Below, piece by piece: positions 49,761-62,182 of a stretch of DNA of 64,000 nucleotides. Source of the DNA: Amoebidium appalachense (lineage: Eukaryota > Protista > Ichthyosporea); contig CAVNZM010000013.1 of the NCBI GenBank assembly GCA_963693365.1, positions 1,327,817-1,391,816 of the forward strand. The letters are read 5' to 3'. The notes under the pieces were generated by a model. That model was not told where the DNA came from. It was given only the letters and a program-made list of their open reading frames with translations, and did no database searches. Both the position numbers and the translations under genes were made by a program. Within the stretch, counting starts at the first letter, position 1; each line of letters opens with the position of its first letter.

Positions 49761-52497
49761 CTATCCCTTTAGCAAGGTATGTCCAAAGTCACACTTTGCG
49801 GTTCCCTCAAATATCCCATGCCCACAACACCGACTGGGGAGTGGCCTTTTGGCCATCAACCATGTCAAAACTCTCTCTCCCTCCTAACCTCTCTAGGTCA
49901 TCTGACCACTCTCCTATCCTTTTCCTACCTAAGATCTCCCTTGATCTGCTCCCCCCTCCCCCTCCCACCTTTCGCCTCCGTCTATCCCAGCTTAAGTCAC
50001 AGTGGGGTAGAGTTGATGTATGTGTATGCTATGCTACGAAACACCCTATATATATGCGCCTATTAGAATCTGCACAAGCCAGGCCAGATTCACATCTTGT
50101 ACTAGATACATGCACTAACTTTATTGTTGATGATTTGATAGATCTCGGTGATTATGCTGGCGGTGGTAGGAAGGAATATCCCGATGCTCTCTTGTTACCA
50201 AACACCACTCCCGCTAGACTAGGTGAACCCCTGTCTCAAAAGGAAAGCTTGCGCCGGCTTGCTAGTATGAATCGATTTGGCCCCCCTGCTCGTATTATTG
50301 GTGATACCACTGGAGACCCCCTCATAGACTCTGATAAGTATTTCTCGGAACTGTTTAAAGATAGGACCCCCGCTCAGAAACCTATTGTGTGGCCTGTAGA
50401 CCCATCTATCCCCATAGAATCAATCCTCCCCTTTTTCAGTCCCGATGCCATATGGTCTGTGATATCTAGTTATAGCTCTAGTAAGTCTTGTGGACCTGAT
50501 GGACTCCCTGCTGGGTTTCTTAAAATCCTTGTTCCCTCCTACCCACAAAAGGAAAGTGATCGTGCTATTAAACCTGATCTTACTATCATGTTAAGCTCTC
50601 TCTTTTCTTGGTGTGTTAAATGTGGACATGTCCCGTCATCTTGGTTAGATACCTTAGTGATCCCCATAGTTAAGAAGGACTCTGAGGGCCCCATATCATC
50701 CTTTCGCCCCATTACACTAACCCAGGTTGTTCGTAGATTCTTTGAAGCTTGCTTACTTAGGTTATTTGCACATCACCCTAGGTTTCAATCTATTCTTCAC
50801 ATACACCCATGCCAATCCGCTTTTCGTAAAAACAATTCATGTTATGTTCAAATAATGGCACTGCACGATTCTATGCAAGTTGGTGCACAATATGTTGGCT
50901 TTATTGATTGGAAAACTGCTTACGATTCTGTCTCCCCTGGTCTCCTATGGGAAAAGCTTGCTGCACGGGGTGTACCACACTGCATTGGTGTTCTGTTAGA
51001 AGCACTCTTGTCTCAAACCTATGGTAGAGCTGTGGTTAATGGGCATCTTTCATATGGTTTTGCTCGTACTAGAGGTCTCTTGCAGGGTTCATTGCTTAGC
51101 CCCTTTTTGTTTAACCTATTTATAGATGATTTGGCTGTCAAGATTTACGCCGAAAACGATGACCCTATTAATAACTTTCCGCCTGCACTTCTCTATGCTG
51201 ATGATCTGTCCCTCCTTGCCCGTACCCCTAGACGCCTGCAAAGATTGTTCGATGTAGTGTCAGAGTGGTGCAAGGCAAACCTTATGATCCTTAACATAGA
51301 CAAATGTGGTGTTCTTGTACCTGATATAGCTAACAATTTACACACATTTACATTATCATCTAAACCTGTACCTATAGTTCCAGAATACAAATATCTTGGT
51401 GTTCCGGTTGATTCTGTTGGTGTTATGTTTCCCCATATGGTCGAAAAGAGGGTAGAGTTGGCTCGTAAGCGGTTAGCTTTCTTCTCGGCTAATATTTTTA
51501 AAGACACACCCCTCCATCCTTCTATTAGACTTACATTTATTCGCACTTTTGTCTTCCCGGCATGTGAATATGGTTTACCCCTTCTCGCCGCTTGGATCAA
51601 GAAAGAGAGAACTAGAGCGCTTAAACCCTTGGCAAATTTCCTTGAAGCAGAAGTTGCCTCCTTTCTATCTAACAACTGTTGTAAACCTGGGCCTGTAACG
51701 CTCTCGATATATGGTCTGGTCCCAATAGCTGCTAGAGTATCCTATCTCGCGCTGAAATTCAATAAGCACATAAGCCGCTTAAAGAAGTATTTGCCCTCCC
51801 ACCCTCTCTTCTCTATCCGACCTGTCCCCTCCTCACCTCTCCCCTCTTTCCTCCCCTCTCTCTCCCCTTCTCCCCTGGGCACAAATACAAATAAACCCCG
51901 CAATAGTGTGTGTGTGACTTTGGACTGCCACTTACTTATTAAACATGTACACAATCACAAGATAATCACGCAATATAACAAATGGAAAAAGATACCACAC
52001 GACACTAGACCCGATGAAAGCATACACCTTGAAAAACTAAGCCTTATGTCTCGTTTTATATATACTGACCGCCTCAACCATATTGCCAAATATGGCACTC
52101 GCAAGTGTATAACACCTAAATACATATTACCTTCCTGTAGAACTGGTCTTTCTCTAGCTGATGGTATTATTGATCAATTACCACGCTTTTACTGTACACG
52201 TGCTATACAGTGGAGATCTAATAAGTATAAGGTGGCATCATTTGCATGCCCAAACAACACACACACACACCAGTTTAACCGGTCATGTATCGCCAAATGT
52301 AGTTTGATAGACCACATAATACCGCAACACACACACGTCACATTCACAACAGACACCCAGAAAGATAGCCTACCTGTAAATTACAACATCCTTGATTTTA
52401 TACTAAACACGCGTAACTACGACCTGTTTATTAGATGTATTGATTGGCTTGAGAAACACATCACTACAAAATTATAGCGCACGCGCACACACACACA

Positions 52498-52556
<59 letters not shown>

Positions 52557-52588
52557 CCAGCTGATACCGAGTGTCCCGAGGGGAGCCC

Positions 52589-52630
<42 letters not shown>

Positions 52631-53433
52631 GGGGAACCCCAACTAATTGATTTCTCCTTGTAGTCTTTATGGTGTCTCGTAGAGAAAGTAAACCCTGATA
52701 TATAGTCACCACCCGACATCTATGTACGTGATCATGATATACCGCTGAGGGGATATTCCGAGCAAACCCCCCCCCCCCATACCTGAGACTGGTTCTCTTT
52801 GCCTCGAGTAAACAGCGTAAACCCCCCCTATTGTGTATATACTCATGATATCGGATCTGGATGAGGACCACGTGCAAACGTATGCACGCGTGGCCGCAGG
52901 CTGTGACGTTTTATTATGGCCACAGAAAATTGTCCTCTCGGTTAGGTCCACCAATTGCATATATATTTTCAACTAGTGGCTCTAACACAGCCAAAAATAT
53001 GAATTTAAAATTACCCTGGAAAACCGTTGGTGGCTCTACCATCCAGGCAGAAGAAATGGTGCTTAAAAATGGCACCAGCGGGCGACCAGGGTCGGACCAG
53101 CCAAAAACTAATAATATCTCACCTCACCGTACCCCGGTGCCTGCCCGCCTCCCGGCCCTGCCCGGGCGCTGTGGCAAAAGCGACGTGCAAAAGTGACGAA
53201 GACGGCCATGATGGCATGGCCGCCGTGACGTCAGTCACGTCACATATTGAGGGACCGGTACCGCGTGACATGGATTATGAGTTATATAACAACACATTGC
53301 ATTAGACACGTAAAAATAAAGGTTTCTGCAATTTCAATAAAGACAAAAAAATGGGGCAATGATACAAAAAAAAATTAACTTAGTTGCCATGGTTCAGCCT
53401 TCATCATGGCCGCATGGCATCGAGGGTAAAAAC

Positions 53434-53561
53434 GTAAGGTTCCAGGCTGTGATATTGTACCTGCACGGGCTCATTGGCAAACCCACCAAAAACAAATGTA
53501 AGGTTCCAGGCTGTGATATTGTACCTGCACGGGCTCATTGGCAAACCCACCAACAACAAAT
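53434..53561. repeat. 64-bp tandem duplication
   Basis: GTAAGGTTCCAGGCTGTGATATTGTACCTGCACGGGCTCATTGGCAAACCCACCAA.AACAAAT x2. Confidence 0.9.
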
Positions 53562-55231
53562 GCCCTTTACCTTTTTGAGTTTGGGCCAACCTAAAAGGCT
53601 AGCTTTATTTGTATACATAATTAATTATGAAACTAAATTATCAGGGGTAAAGAGCTTAGGAGGGCAAAGCCCTCCATTAACAGCCAGTCAGGCGGGCGGA
53701 GCTCAACGGCAAAGTAAAACACCAACGAGATGTATTTCATACCCTGTATTGCCGGCCAAAGCATGGAGGAAGGAATGCTTGGAACTATGGCCACAAAATT
53801 GACTATATTTAGATTTTCAAAAGATCTCATATAAGGACAACAGTGTGCCCGCTAAACTTTCCGAACTAGAGGCCCTACCAGAAGCAAGAACTTTATCCTA
53901 TTCCACGTGGGCCACCCAAGCTATTGTAGAAGTAGGCTGTATAGATCAAAGTGCTTCAATTAAGCCTTGCAGTTTCACACCCTGTTTTGGACTGCACAGT
54001 CAGGCTGTGAAATTATGCGGCATATGCCCCCCCTCCCCCCTCCCCCCAATAATGATCATGATGGCCACAGATTGTCCCTGAAACTCCGAAAAATGTCCCT
54101 AACTTTTTGAGGTTTGGTTTACCGATTTTTCAACCAGTGGCTTCGATACAGCGAAAAAAAAATTAACCCCCAAAAAACCGTTGGCATCTACTAGGCAGAA
54201 GAAAAGGTGCTTAAATGGCACTAATTAGCCCAAAGCGAATTTCACACCCTGTGCACAGTGCGCATCTGTGTAGTTCCCCTATTTGATTGGCTACCGTTAT
54301 TTTCGGGTCGGTGCCACCGTGTCCTATGATTCGCTGAGATTGCACCCGTGAACCGGTACCAGTGTGGGACCGTTTCATTTTTGTACCTATGGGCTATGTC
54401 TTGCAAACGGTAAATTGGAATTTTTTCCAATGTGAGCTTGGTTAACTTCTTGCTTTACATAGCTCTAGCCTATAGGCATAATATTCATGAATCATTATAT
54501 AAGAGTCCTTGCTGCTGTTCTCAGTGACTCATGAGTCAATGACTCCAAATTTATATGCAAAGCTTCGGCAGTACTAGTAGTGCGTAGTGCGCACAGAGCT
54601 CTAGGGTGATGTACCTAGGGCAAGTAAACCTACAACAGCCACTTTCGGATCCTTCAAAACATTTTCAAAAGGTTTGGATATTCAAAGTTTCATGTTGATG
54701 TCAAATTTTTTTTAAGCTGATATTAGTGTCAGGCAAAGCTGACAAACGCTCATCGCACAATTTCGAGTAAAAAACATCTTCCCGCAGAACTTAAAACATG
54801 TTCAATTTTACTGATGACTCTACACTGTAGTGTACAAGAATAGATAATAAAGTTATCCCACAAATTCTCAAATATTGTCATTCTATAAGTATCGGGGGAC
54901 ATGCATATCGTTGAGTCGTACAGTCATGCTTGTTCACCCTCAGTCTCAGACAGCGAACATGGGCTATTTATTCTTTTTTTTTTTTATATATATATAAAAA
55001 ATAAAAAAAATCGTTGGAAGCTAGCATATTCCGAGTTCGATTGTTATTGAAATATAGCCCTTGAAACACCTTTTGTTCTATTCTGCACAAACTTCAGTTG
55101 GCGTGAGAATTACGATGTGTTGACTATTATGAATCAGCTGCCAGTGGGTCACACAGTAGTTTGGTTCTCTAACTTACACGAATGATTATCATGCCCAGAC
55201 CTGCATTTGCTGATACTAGTGCCTGCACAAC

Positions 55232-57043
55232 ATGCAGGCAGCTCCTTGTGCCTCCAAAATGAACGAACACAATCCAAACACAAGCCTAAGCATAGATGTT
55301 GTAAGAGAAGTAACCATAGGTTCACAGACAGATACACATATACAGATCTCTCTAGTAGCAGAATCTGATTCTAGTGAACATCACAACAACAGGGTCAGAG
55401 TCTCTCAGACTGAGGATATGGCGCACGTAACCTTTGACGTTTTTCCAACGTCGTTTTCCTCCAATACACGAAAGAACGACCACCTCACAGGAAAGACCGA
55501 TTCTCCTACTGTGCGCACAACATGTAAATGCGGTGACACTGTTTGCACGTGCGGTCACGATGCTCGAATTACAAAGCCAGAAAACCGCACAGACACCCCC
55601 TGGGCCAGGCAAGTCAAGGCGTCGAGGCGTGAAGAGAATGATATTATCACCGACGGGAGAACACAGCCCATGCATCTTGAGCTGGTGGCACAGGACTGGG
55701 CGGGTAAGACGCATCCAAGGCAAAATGGGGCGAATTGGGCACGAAAAGCATACAACTCAAAGAGGAAGGAGAGGTTGCGGAAGTACCTCCGGCAGACATT
55801 CCTGGCCCATTTCATTGCCGCACTTCTTGCACTAGGTGCTGAGGCTTCGTTTCTGTGGGTTTGCACCATGGTTTCCCCACGTGCGCCTCTCCATGTCATC
55901 ATGTATCACGGCGACATACTGCTGGCACAGCAGGCAAAATACGAAAATTCACTTCTTGCACAACCACCGCCGAACGCAACCGACATTTCGGTGCTGCGAG
56001 AAAATGTCTTCCGTGAAACCGCATCGTTCGTAAACACAATCAATACTCAGAAGGGTTACGGCGCACCAATATTCGTGTACGAAATCAGCTACGCGGGGGC
56101 AGGGCTTGTAGTACTTCTCGTGCTCGCGTCAATGGTCTACTACCAACGCAAGCACCCCGTTGTAAAATCTCGTGGCATGTTGTATCTTACGCTCGTCTTC
56201 GGCTCGGCGATATGCGTGTACATAGTTACTTTTTTCGTGTCCATGGCATGTCTGTTACGCTTCAATGTCTTCCCGACCGATGTCGACTACACGCAATCGA
56301 GCGTCCTTCAAAGGGAGATTCAACGCCAGGCTAGAGACCTTCTGATTGTTTTCAACACGGAGGTTTTTGCTCTTTCCCTCTTCTTTGCCGTCCTGTGCAT
56401 GCGCCAACGCTTGATCGCGCAGGTTTTCACGCAAACGATATTGGCCACCAGCGAGAGAACACACATATCCCCATTGAAATTCACGGCCGGGCTGACTGTT
56501 TTGTTTTACGTTGTCGGCGTAAGCACACACTTTGTGTGGTATTTCGTGGACAGTTACCACCCACGGGGTTTACGTTACGGCGCCTCGGGTTCCGTTGCTT
56601 TTGGACTACTAGCCGATGCATTCGTTTTCTACTATCTCTTCCAGGCACGGGGTGCATCCCTCCAATTCAACGACTTCTTCTGCAACCTCCGGTTCTGTAT
56701 TGTGGCCCTTTTCGTCTATGCCCTTTTGATTCTCATCTCATATGTAGCCCCGAGCCACCTCATCTCCGGGGCAATTGGCTGGTCGTCCATTGGGCGCATG
56801 GTGGTGTCATTGCAAACATTAGACCAATTTTTCACACAAGCGATACAGGCAAAATGGGATCCGGCCAAACTCCCTCAGCTACACTTGCCATCATTCCTCT
56901 CTGCCGGGCAGTTGGCGTATTTCCTTTCACGGACGAAACGACAGACCACGGTGGTGCACGTGCACGAGGGAGAGCCCTCGAGTTCGGGTTTGGTGACGAC
57001 GGGGGTGGTCGATGGGGCCCGGAGCATGCGCTCGGAACATTGA
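55232..57043 (+). CDS. Intronless multi-pass membrane protein, class C GPCR-like (paralog B), 603 aa
   Basis: Long clean ORF with about 8 hydrophobic segments and the same YQRKHPVVKSRG motif. Paralog of 34080-35810. Confidence 0.75.
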   Translation: MQAAPCASKMNEHNPNTSLSIDVVREVTIGSQTDTHIQISLVAESDSSEHHNNRVRVSQTEDMAHVTFDVFPTSFSSNTRKNDHLTGKTDSPTVRTTCKCGDTVCTCGHDARITKPENRTDTPWARQVKASRREENDIITDGRTQPMHLELVAQDWAGKTHPRQNGANWARKAYNSKRKERLRKYLRQTFLAHFIAALLALGAEASFLWVCTMVSPRAPLHVIMYHGDILLAQQAKYENSLLAQPPPNATDISVLRENVFRETASFVNTINTQKGYGAPIFVYEISYAGAGLVVLLVLASMVYYQRKHPVVKSRGMLYLTLVFGSAICVYIVTFFVSMACLLRFNVFPTDVDYTQSSVLQREIQRQARDLLIVFNTEVFALSLFFAVLCMRQRLIAQVFTQTILATSERTHISPLKFTAGLTVLFYVVGVSTHFVWYFVDSYHPRGLRYGASGSVAFGLLADAFVFYYLFQARGASLQFNDFFCNLRFCIVALFVYALLILISYVAPSHLISGAIGWSSIGRMVVSLQTLDQFFTQAIQAKWDPAKLPQLHLPSFLSAGQLAYFLSRTKRQTTVVHVHEGEPSSSGLVTTGVVDGARSMRSEH

Positions 57044-57865
57044 TTGCCTGTTTCGTTAGTTGAATCCTCTCAGTGATCCTCGAATCATGTTCGTGTGCTA
57101 GATGCGTTTTAATTTTTTTTACGAATTAATAGCATGATGTGAATTTGAAAGATCACGTTTGGCCCACACCGAATGATTCTGAAAGCTCAATCCATAGTGA
57201 TTTTTTCCTGAATGTGGATGGTGGTATGTATGATGCAGTAATCGTTACTAGTATGAATGAGTTTCCGTAGTTTAGATGGATGATAAATGAATGTACTTTC
57301 GTGAAATGGTGCTAGAACTAATATATCATGACACCAACGTACATCTTGATGTTCGAAATGTTTTATGCTGTGCATGTCTGACAGTCAGAGATGGATTCTG
57401 GCACCTGGCTATTGTGAATAGAATGCTTTCGAGATGATGACTCTGAGCTCTTAGACTACTTGCTTACTATTTAGACATGGATTATTTCTATTGGTTGTTT
57501 TGCGAACTAAAACCATATAATGTACATATGCATGTGCAGTGACTGAGAAAGGGTTGCCTTGCAGCAGCTTTTACGAATTTCATCGAGCTCAACTGCCCAA
57601 CTTGGGTTTGAACTTACAGTGTGTGTGCGTGTCCACTTCCAAGTGACCCTTGCCCCCCCCCCCCTCCCCCCCCCCCCCCCCCCCCCCCCCTTCCCCCCTC
57701 CCCCCACCCCACCCCCCCCCCCCACCCCCTCACCCACCTAACTACCCGCCCGGCCATGCACCCCTACCCCAACGAGTTCAGATCTTTTTGCTTACTTTAA
57801 ATTCAGTGCAATGGGCCAGGCCTCTCCGACGAGGTTCAGTTGATGCCTGCACGCACCTATTAAAG

Positions 57866-58190
57866 TAACCTTGCTAACCCTGCTATTACCTACTAAAGTA
57901 AACCTGCTCGTCTCTGACCGTCAATTGATCAAGACGGGTGGCCCACGTTCATGATATGATGGTAGTGAATTCGACTCGGAGTGCTCGTGTCTAAAGTTGG
58001 GTTTCGTCGACAAGCCGCTGGTCAATGGGTTGAAATTGTAGATGACTGGGATAAATACTCCCAGGCCTGAGGATGGGCTCTATTTATGGTGTATGCTCTT
58101 TACTGCGGTATGCTTTGATAAATCTGCATAGTGTTCATATCTGCAAGTGTCGGTCTGAATGTGTATTTTCACTTCGTGCGTTGTAACAAA
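57866..58190 (+). mobile_element. Structured-RNA repeat family, diverged copy 3
   Basis: CCTGCTCGTCTCTG..TGATCAAGACGGGTG, GTTGGGTTTCGT, GATGAC and CCTGAGGATGGGCTCT occur in the same order on the plus strand. Confidence 0.65.
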
Positions 58191-58804
58191 TTATAGCCAT
58201 ACCCATGCCTCTCACTTGCTCCTCTTTCGGATTCATTCCCCATGGCCACCCCTTCCCCTTCCTCAATACAATCCCCATACAGACTGAGTCCACCCCCCTC
58301 ACCCCCCCCCCCCTCTTCCTCCCCCCCCCCCCTCTCCCCCCCTCCCTACCCGTCCTCCCCCCGGTCAGCATGTGAGTGACTGACTGTCATTTGTGTGGTA
58401 GGATCACGGTCGAGTCGAGTCACGCGACCCGAATTGCATGTCCGCAGGGCTGGATCGGGCCATCGGGAACAGTCGGTCACATGGGGCTCAGACCGCGCAT
58501 AACAGGGGACCCACGGTCGGCCGTCAGTCAGTCTGATTGTAGTCGGCTAGGAGTCACTTGTAGCGCTCTGCTGTTGTAAGTAGCTCTGCTCCGGCAGACG
58601 GGTGGACACCGATAGGCACACACATAGAGTTCGGTGGTTCCACAACCCCTTTTCCGATTCCCTAACACCCTCGCAATACAACACTTTGCCCGTCTCGATT
58701 TACTTTTACCCCCCCCCCGCCCCCTCCTCACCCCTCCCACGCCTCCTCCCCCCCGGTCACTATGTAAGTGACTGACTGTCCTTCGCCCGTCTCACTTACC
58801 CCCC

Positions 58805-58839
<35 letters not shown>

Positions 58840-60278
58840 TATCGGGCCTTTTTCTTGCTCCCAGGGTCCCTGCCTACCTTAGTCCCCATCACTTCTCACA
58901 GGCGCTTTTCTTTTTTCGTTTTCTGCTTGCCTAATGTAAGGTGGTTGACTCACCCGCGTTTAAACAAACAGGTAAATGAGTTCGTTTTCTCGCTATTCAT
59001 AGCTATAATTAAAGGTGGGATTGGGTTAAAGAATGATTTGTCCTGTTCATGACTTGAGTTTCCCTGCAGCTGAGAATGGGCGGTGTATGTTGTGTATGTT
59101 GCATAGTTCCATGGTTTGTGTGATTTAATTTTTCCCATTTGCAATATGATAATGAGCTGCAGGGCGCTGTGAGTTTAGTACTTTACGTAAACATAATTTC
59201 TGAATGATATGTACTACCGTTCAACCCCCCCAACTCCCCCCCCCCCCCCCCCCCCCCTCCGCCCTCCCCCTCCGCCCTCCCCCCTTCCCCTCCCCCCTCC
59301 CCCATCCCCCCCACCCACCCACCCGCCCACCCACCCACCGGCCTCCTATAGTCCCGCTTATATCGGATCCGACCGCCCACAACTATTACCAAAAAAGGTG
59401 GAAATTATAAAAGTTCAAGTTGTTAAGGCACCTTAAAGCAACCTCAGCATCTACCAATTTAGCGTCTGGGCGGCGAGCCACAGTGGTGATGTCGTTCTGT
59501 GCCGCCTTTCACGCAGCCGTTTAGGGCCGGACCCAGAAAATGGCGAGAAAATACCAGGGGTGAAGGCAGGCTTTGTGGGATGTCGACGTAGGCATGCACG
59601 TCTCGGCAATTGACACAGTTTGATGACGTCTACTGATTGGTCAGAGACATTTGAGAAATGTGGCTCATGGATGCTCACCGCCCAGACTCTAAAATGTTAC
59701 GGAAACTGGTTTAAACTTGTTGCTCGGGGTATCATACATACTTTCTTGATAACGGCTGCTGCTCATGATTATGTATCATACAAGTCTGGTCTGTGAGCAT
59801 CGGAAGATGAATGAATAGAGCCCCAGCAGGATGCATCCCCCCCCCCTCCCCCCCCCCCCCCCCCCCCCCTTCCCCCCTACAGAAACTTTGTCTTGTTACG
59901 TGCTGGGCCGACAAATCAGAACGATCAGTTATCCGCAGCCACGTAATACCCCCCCCCCCCCCCACCACCACCACCCCCTCCCCCCAACCCAGACCCCCCA
60001 CACCCCACCCCACCCAGCCACCCCCTCCGATTATGCCCCAGGGACATCCCTTCCTCCCACACATACTAAATCACCACCCCCCGGGGGGCCCGAGACACCC
60101 TATTGGCTAATCTCTATGTATGTGTATCTGAGTTTTTCCTTGCGTATATATGGAAACCTAGATATACATAGGAAATTACACCCAGACCCCCCACAAACAT
60201 ACACACACAAAACTACAAACCTAGAGCCTCTGGGCTGCCACCCGTAGAAAGAAAAGAGCCACAACACCTAGCACAAAC

Positions 60279-60328
<50 letters not shown>

Positions 60329-60756
60329 ACACACACACACCCTCCCCTTCTCCCCTCCCTGACCACCACCACCACCACCACCACCACCACTACCCCAACT
60401 TGCTGGTATGCCCTATATGCAGGCACACGCACACCGGAAAGTAGAGTGCAACCCACACCATCTTTATGGACAAAAAAAACAAAAACAGAAAAGAAAAAAA
60501 AAGAAAGACACAAATCGCAGCCACCACCACCGTGCTTTACAATGTGGGTTACCAGACACATCCCGCCAACCCTAAACCCCACTACTCCACCACACTACGT
60601 TAGGCCCCCCTTACAAAACAGGGGAAATTTCGTAACCGGACCCCCCATAGTCTTCGAAATCTTTGAAAAATAAAACAAGCCCCCTAGCCTGGTGGTAAAT
60701 AAGTTAGTTCCATCGTTTTTCTATGTCTGTTTGATGGGCTCAGTCTAGAAAGTAAG

Positions 60757-60837
60757 TTAATAGGTCTTCTGGAGCTGGTACTAATAAACAGGCAGCGGTA
60801 CTGAAAATGACCTTAGCAAAAAGGTGCAAATCATCCC

Positions 60838-60888
<51 letters not shown>

Positions 60889-60985
60889 ACACATGCCACG
60901 TGCAACCGCACACACACACACACACATTCACACACACACACACATTCACACACACACACGCACACACACACACGCACGCACGCAC

Positions 60986-61025
<40 letters not shown>

Positions 61026-61442
61026 ACACACACACGCATGTGCGCGCAGCGTGACACACACACACATCCGCCCACATCCCCCCCCCCCCCCCTCCCTGCC
61101 CCCCCTAAAGGGCTGGTGGCTTCCCCCCCCCCCCCCCCCCCCCTCTCCTCTGGGGCGTGAGGGTGGGCAAATATGCATATGATCGGATTTTCAAACTCCG
61201 GCGAAACCCCGCAACCAGCCAACTCGACAGCGACAGAGAACTTACGTCGACAATTTTCAAATTCTGAGAGCACATATGCTTAGGAGGAATAGCGCGTGGT
61301 TGTTTCAACAGGAGAAGTCAAGAAAAGGGGTGGTGTGTGTGGGTGGTGTGTGGAGATGGGGGGGAGGAGAGGCGGGGGCGGGGGTGGTGGGTGGGTGGGG
61401 GGGGGGGGGGGAGGGGGGGAGGGGGGGGAAGGGGAGGGGGAA

Positions 61443-61484
<42 letters not shown>

Positions 61485-62027
61485 ATGAATTCCCACACCA
61501 CAAGAGCTTTAAGGATCCGATCAACCGTGCTGGCAGGCAGAAAACTCGAGAGCAGATCCTACACATTGTGGGCGGCCCGAGTTTCTAGTTTGTGTGTGTG
61601 TGTGGTGGTGGTGGTGGGCTCTCAGAAGGAGGAGAGAAGGTGTGTGTGTGTGGGGGGGGGGGGGGGGGGGGGGGCGGGGGAATCTATACTTAATGGGTAG
61701 GAGGGAGGGGAGGGGGAAGGGGGACGTAAGTTTTCATGGCTGAAAGATGATTGGCTTAGAGGTCACAGTTGGAAGTATGATGCAAGCGAGGGTTATCAAT
61801 TAAGTGGGGGAAGTGTGTGTGTGCGGCATTGGGGTGGGGTGGGGGGGAGGGGGGGGGGGGAGGGGGGGGGGGGTAAGAGAAAGGGAGGGCAGTAAGACGG
61901 GGACAAGGGGAAAAGAGACCCCCGGGGAAAGAGGGAGGGGAAGGGGGGAGGGGTTGGACAGAGAGAGGAGGAGGGGGGTGGGGGAAGGGGGGAAGGATTT
62001 CTTAGTAGACTAAATGAGGCTTGTGTA

Positions 62028-62070
<43 letters not shown>

Positions 62071-62073
62071 GTG

Positions 62074-62105
<32 letters not shown>

Positions 62106-62113
62106 CGTGTGTG

Positions 62114-62182
<69 letters not shown>

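Larger units (their letters stand above)
46705..52477 (+). pseudogene. LINE ORF2 (AP endonuclease + reverse transcriptase, ~1078 aa when reconstituted), interrupted at 47230-49765
   Basis: Joining 47229 to 49766 gives an uninterrupted frame: ..GDFNTRL..PPERAI|PLARYVQ..SDHSPI..YADD..stop at 52477. Confidence 0.88.
45840..52629 (+). mobile_element. Non-LTR retrotransposon (LINE): decayed ORF1, APE-RT ORF2, (CA)n-containing 3' UTR and poly(A); 5' boundary uncertain
   Basis: APE motifs FWNARTL, ICET, VYYPP, ILGDFN and SDHSPI. RT motifs GPDG, FRPITL, QSAFR, FIDWKTAYDSV, QGSLLSPFLFN, YADD and YKYLG. Poly(A) at 52593-52629. No TSD found. Confidence 0.9.

Noticed and set aside
49544-49765. N-terminal 74 aa of the 977-aa ORF as native LINE protein
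   Set aside because: It is LTR sequence, duplicated at 47618-47834. The true N-terminus lies at 46705-47229.
57866-57905. Telomerase-template-like CTAACCCT at the 5' end of family copy 3
   Set aside because: Only 8 nt, and the other copies read GCAACCCTG. Multi-copy dispersal also argues against telomerase RNA.
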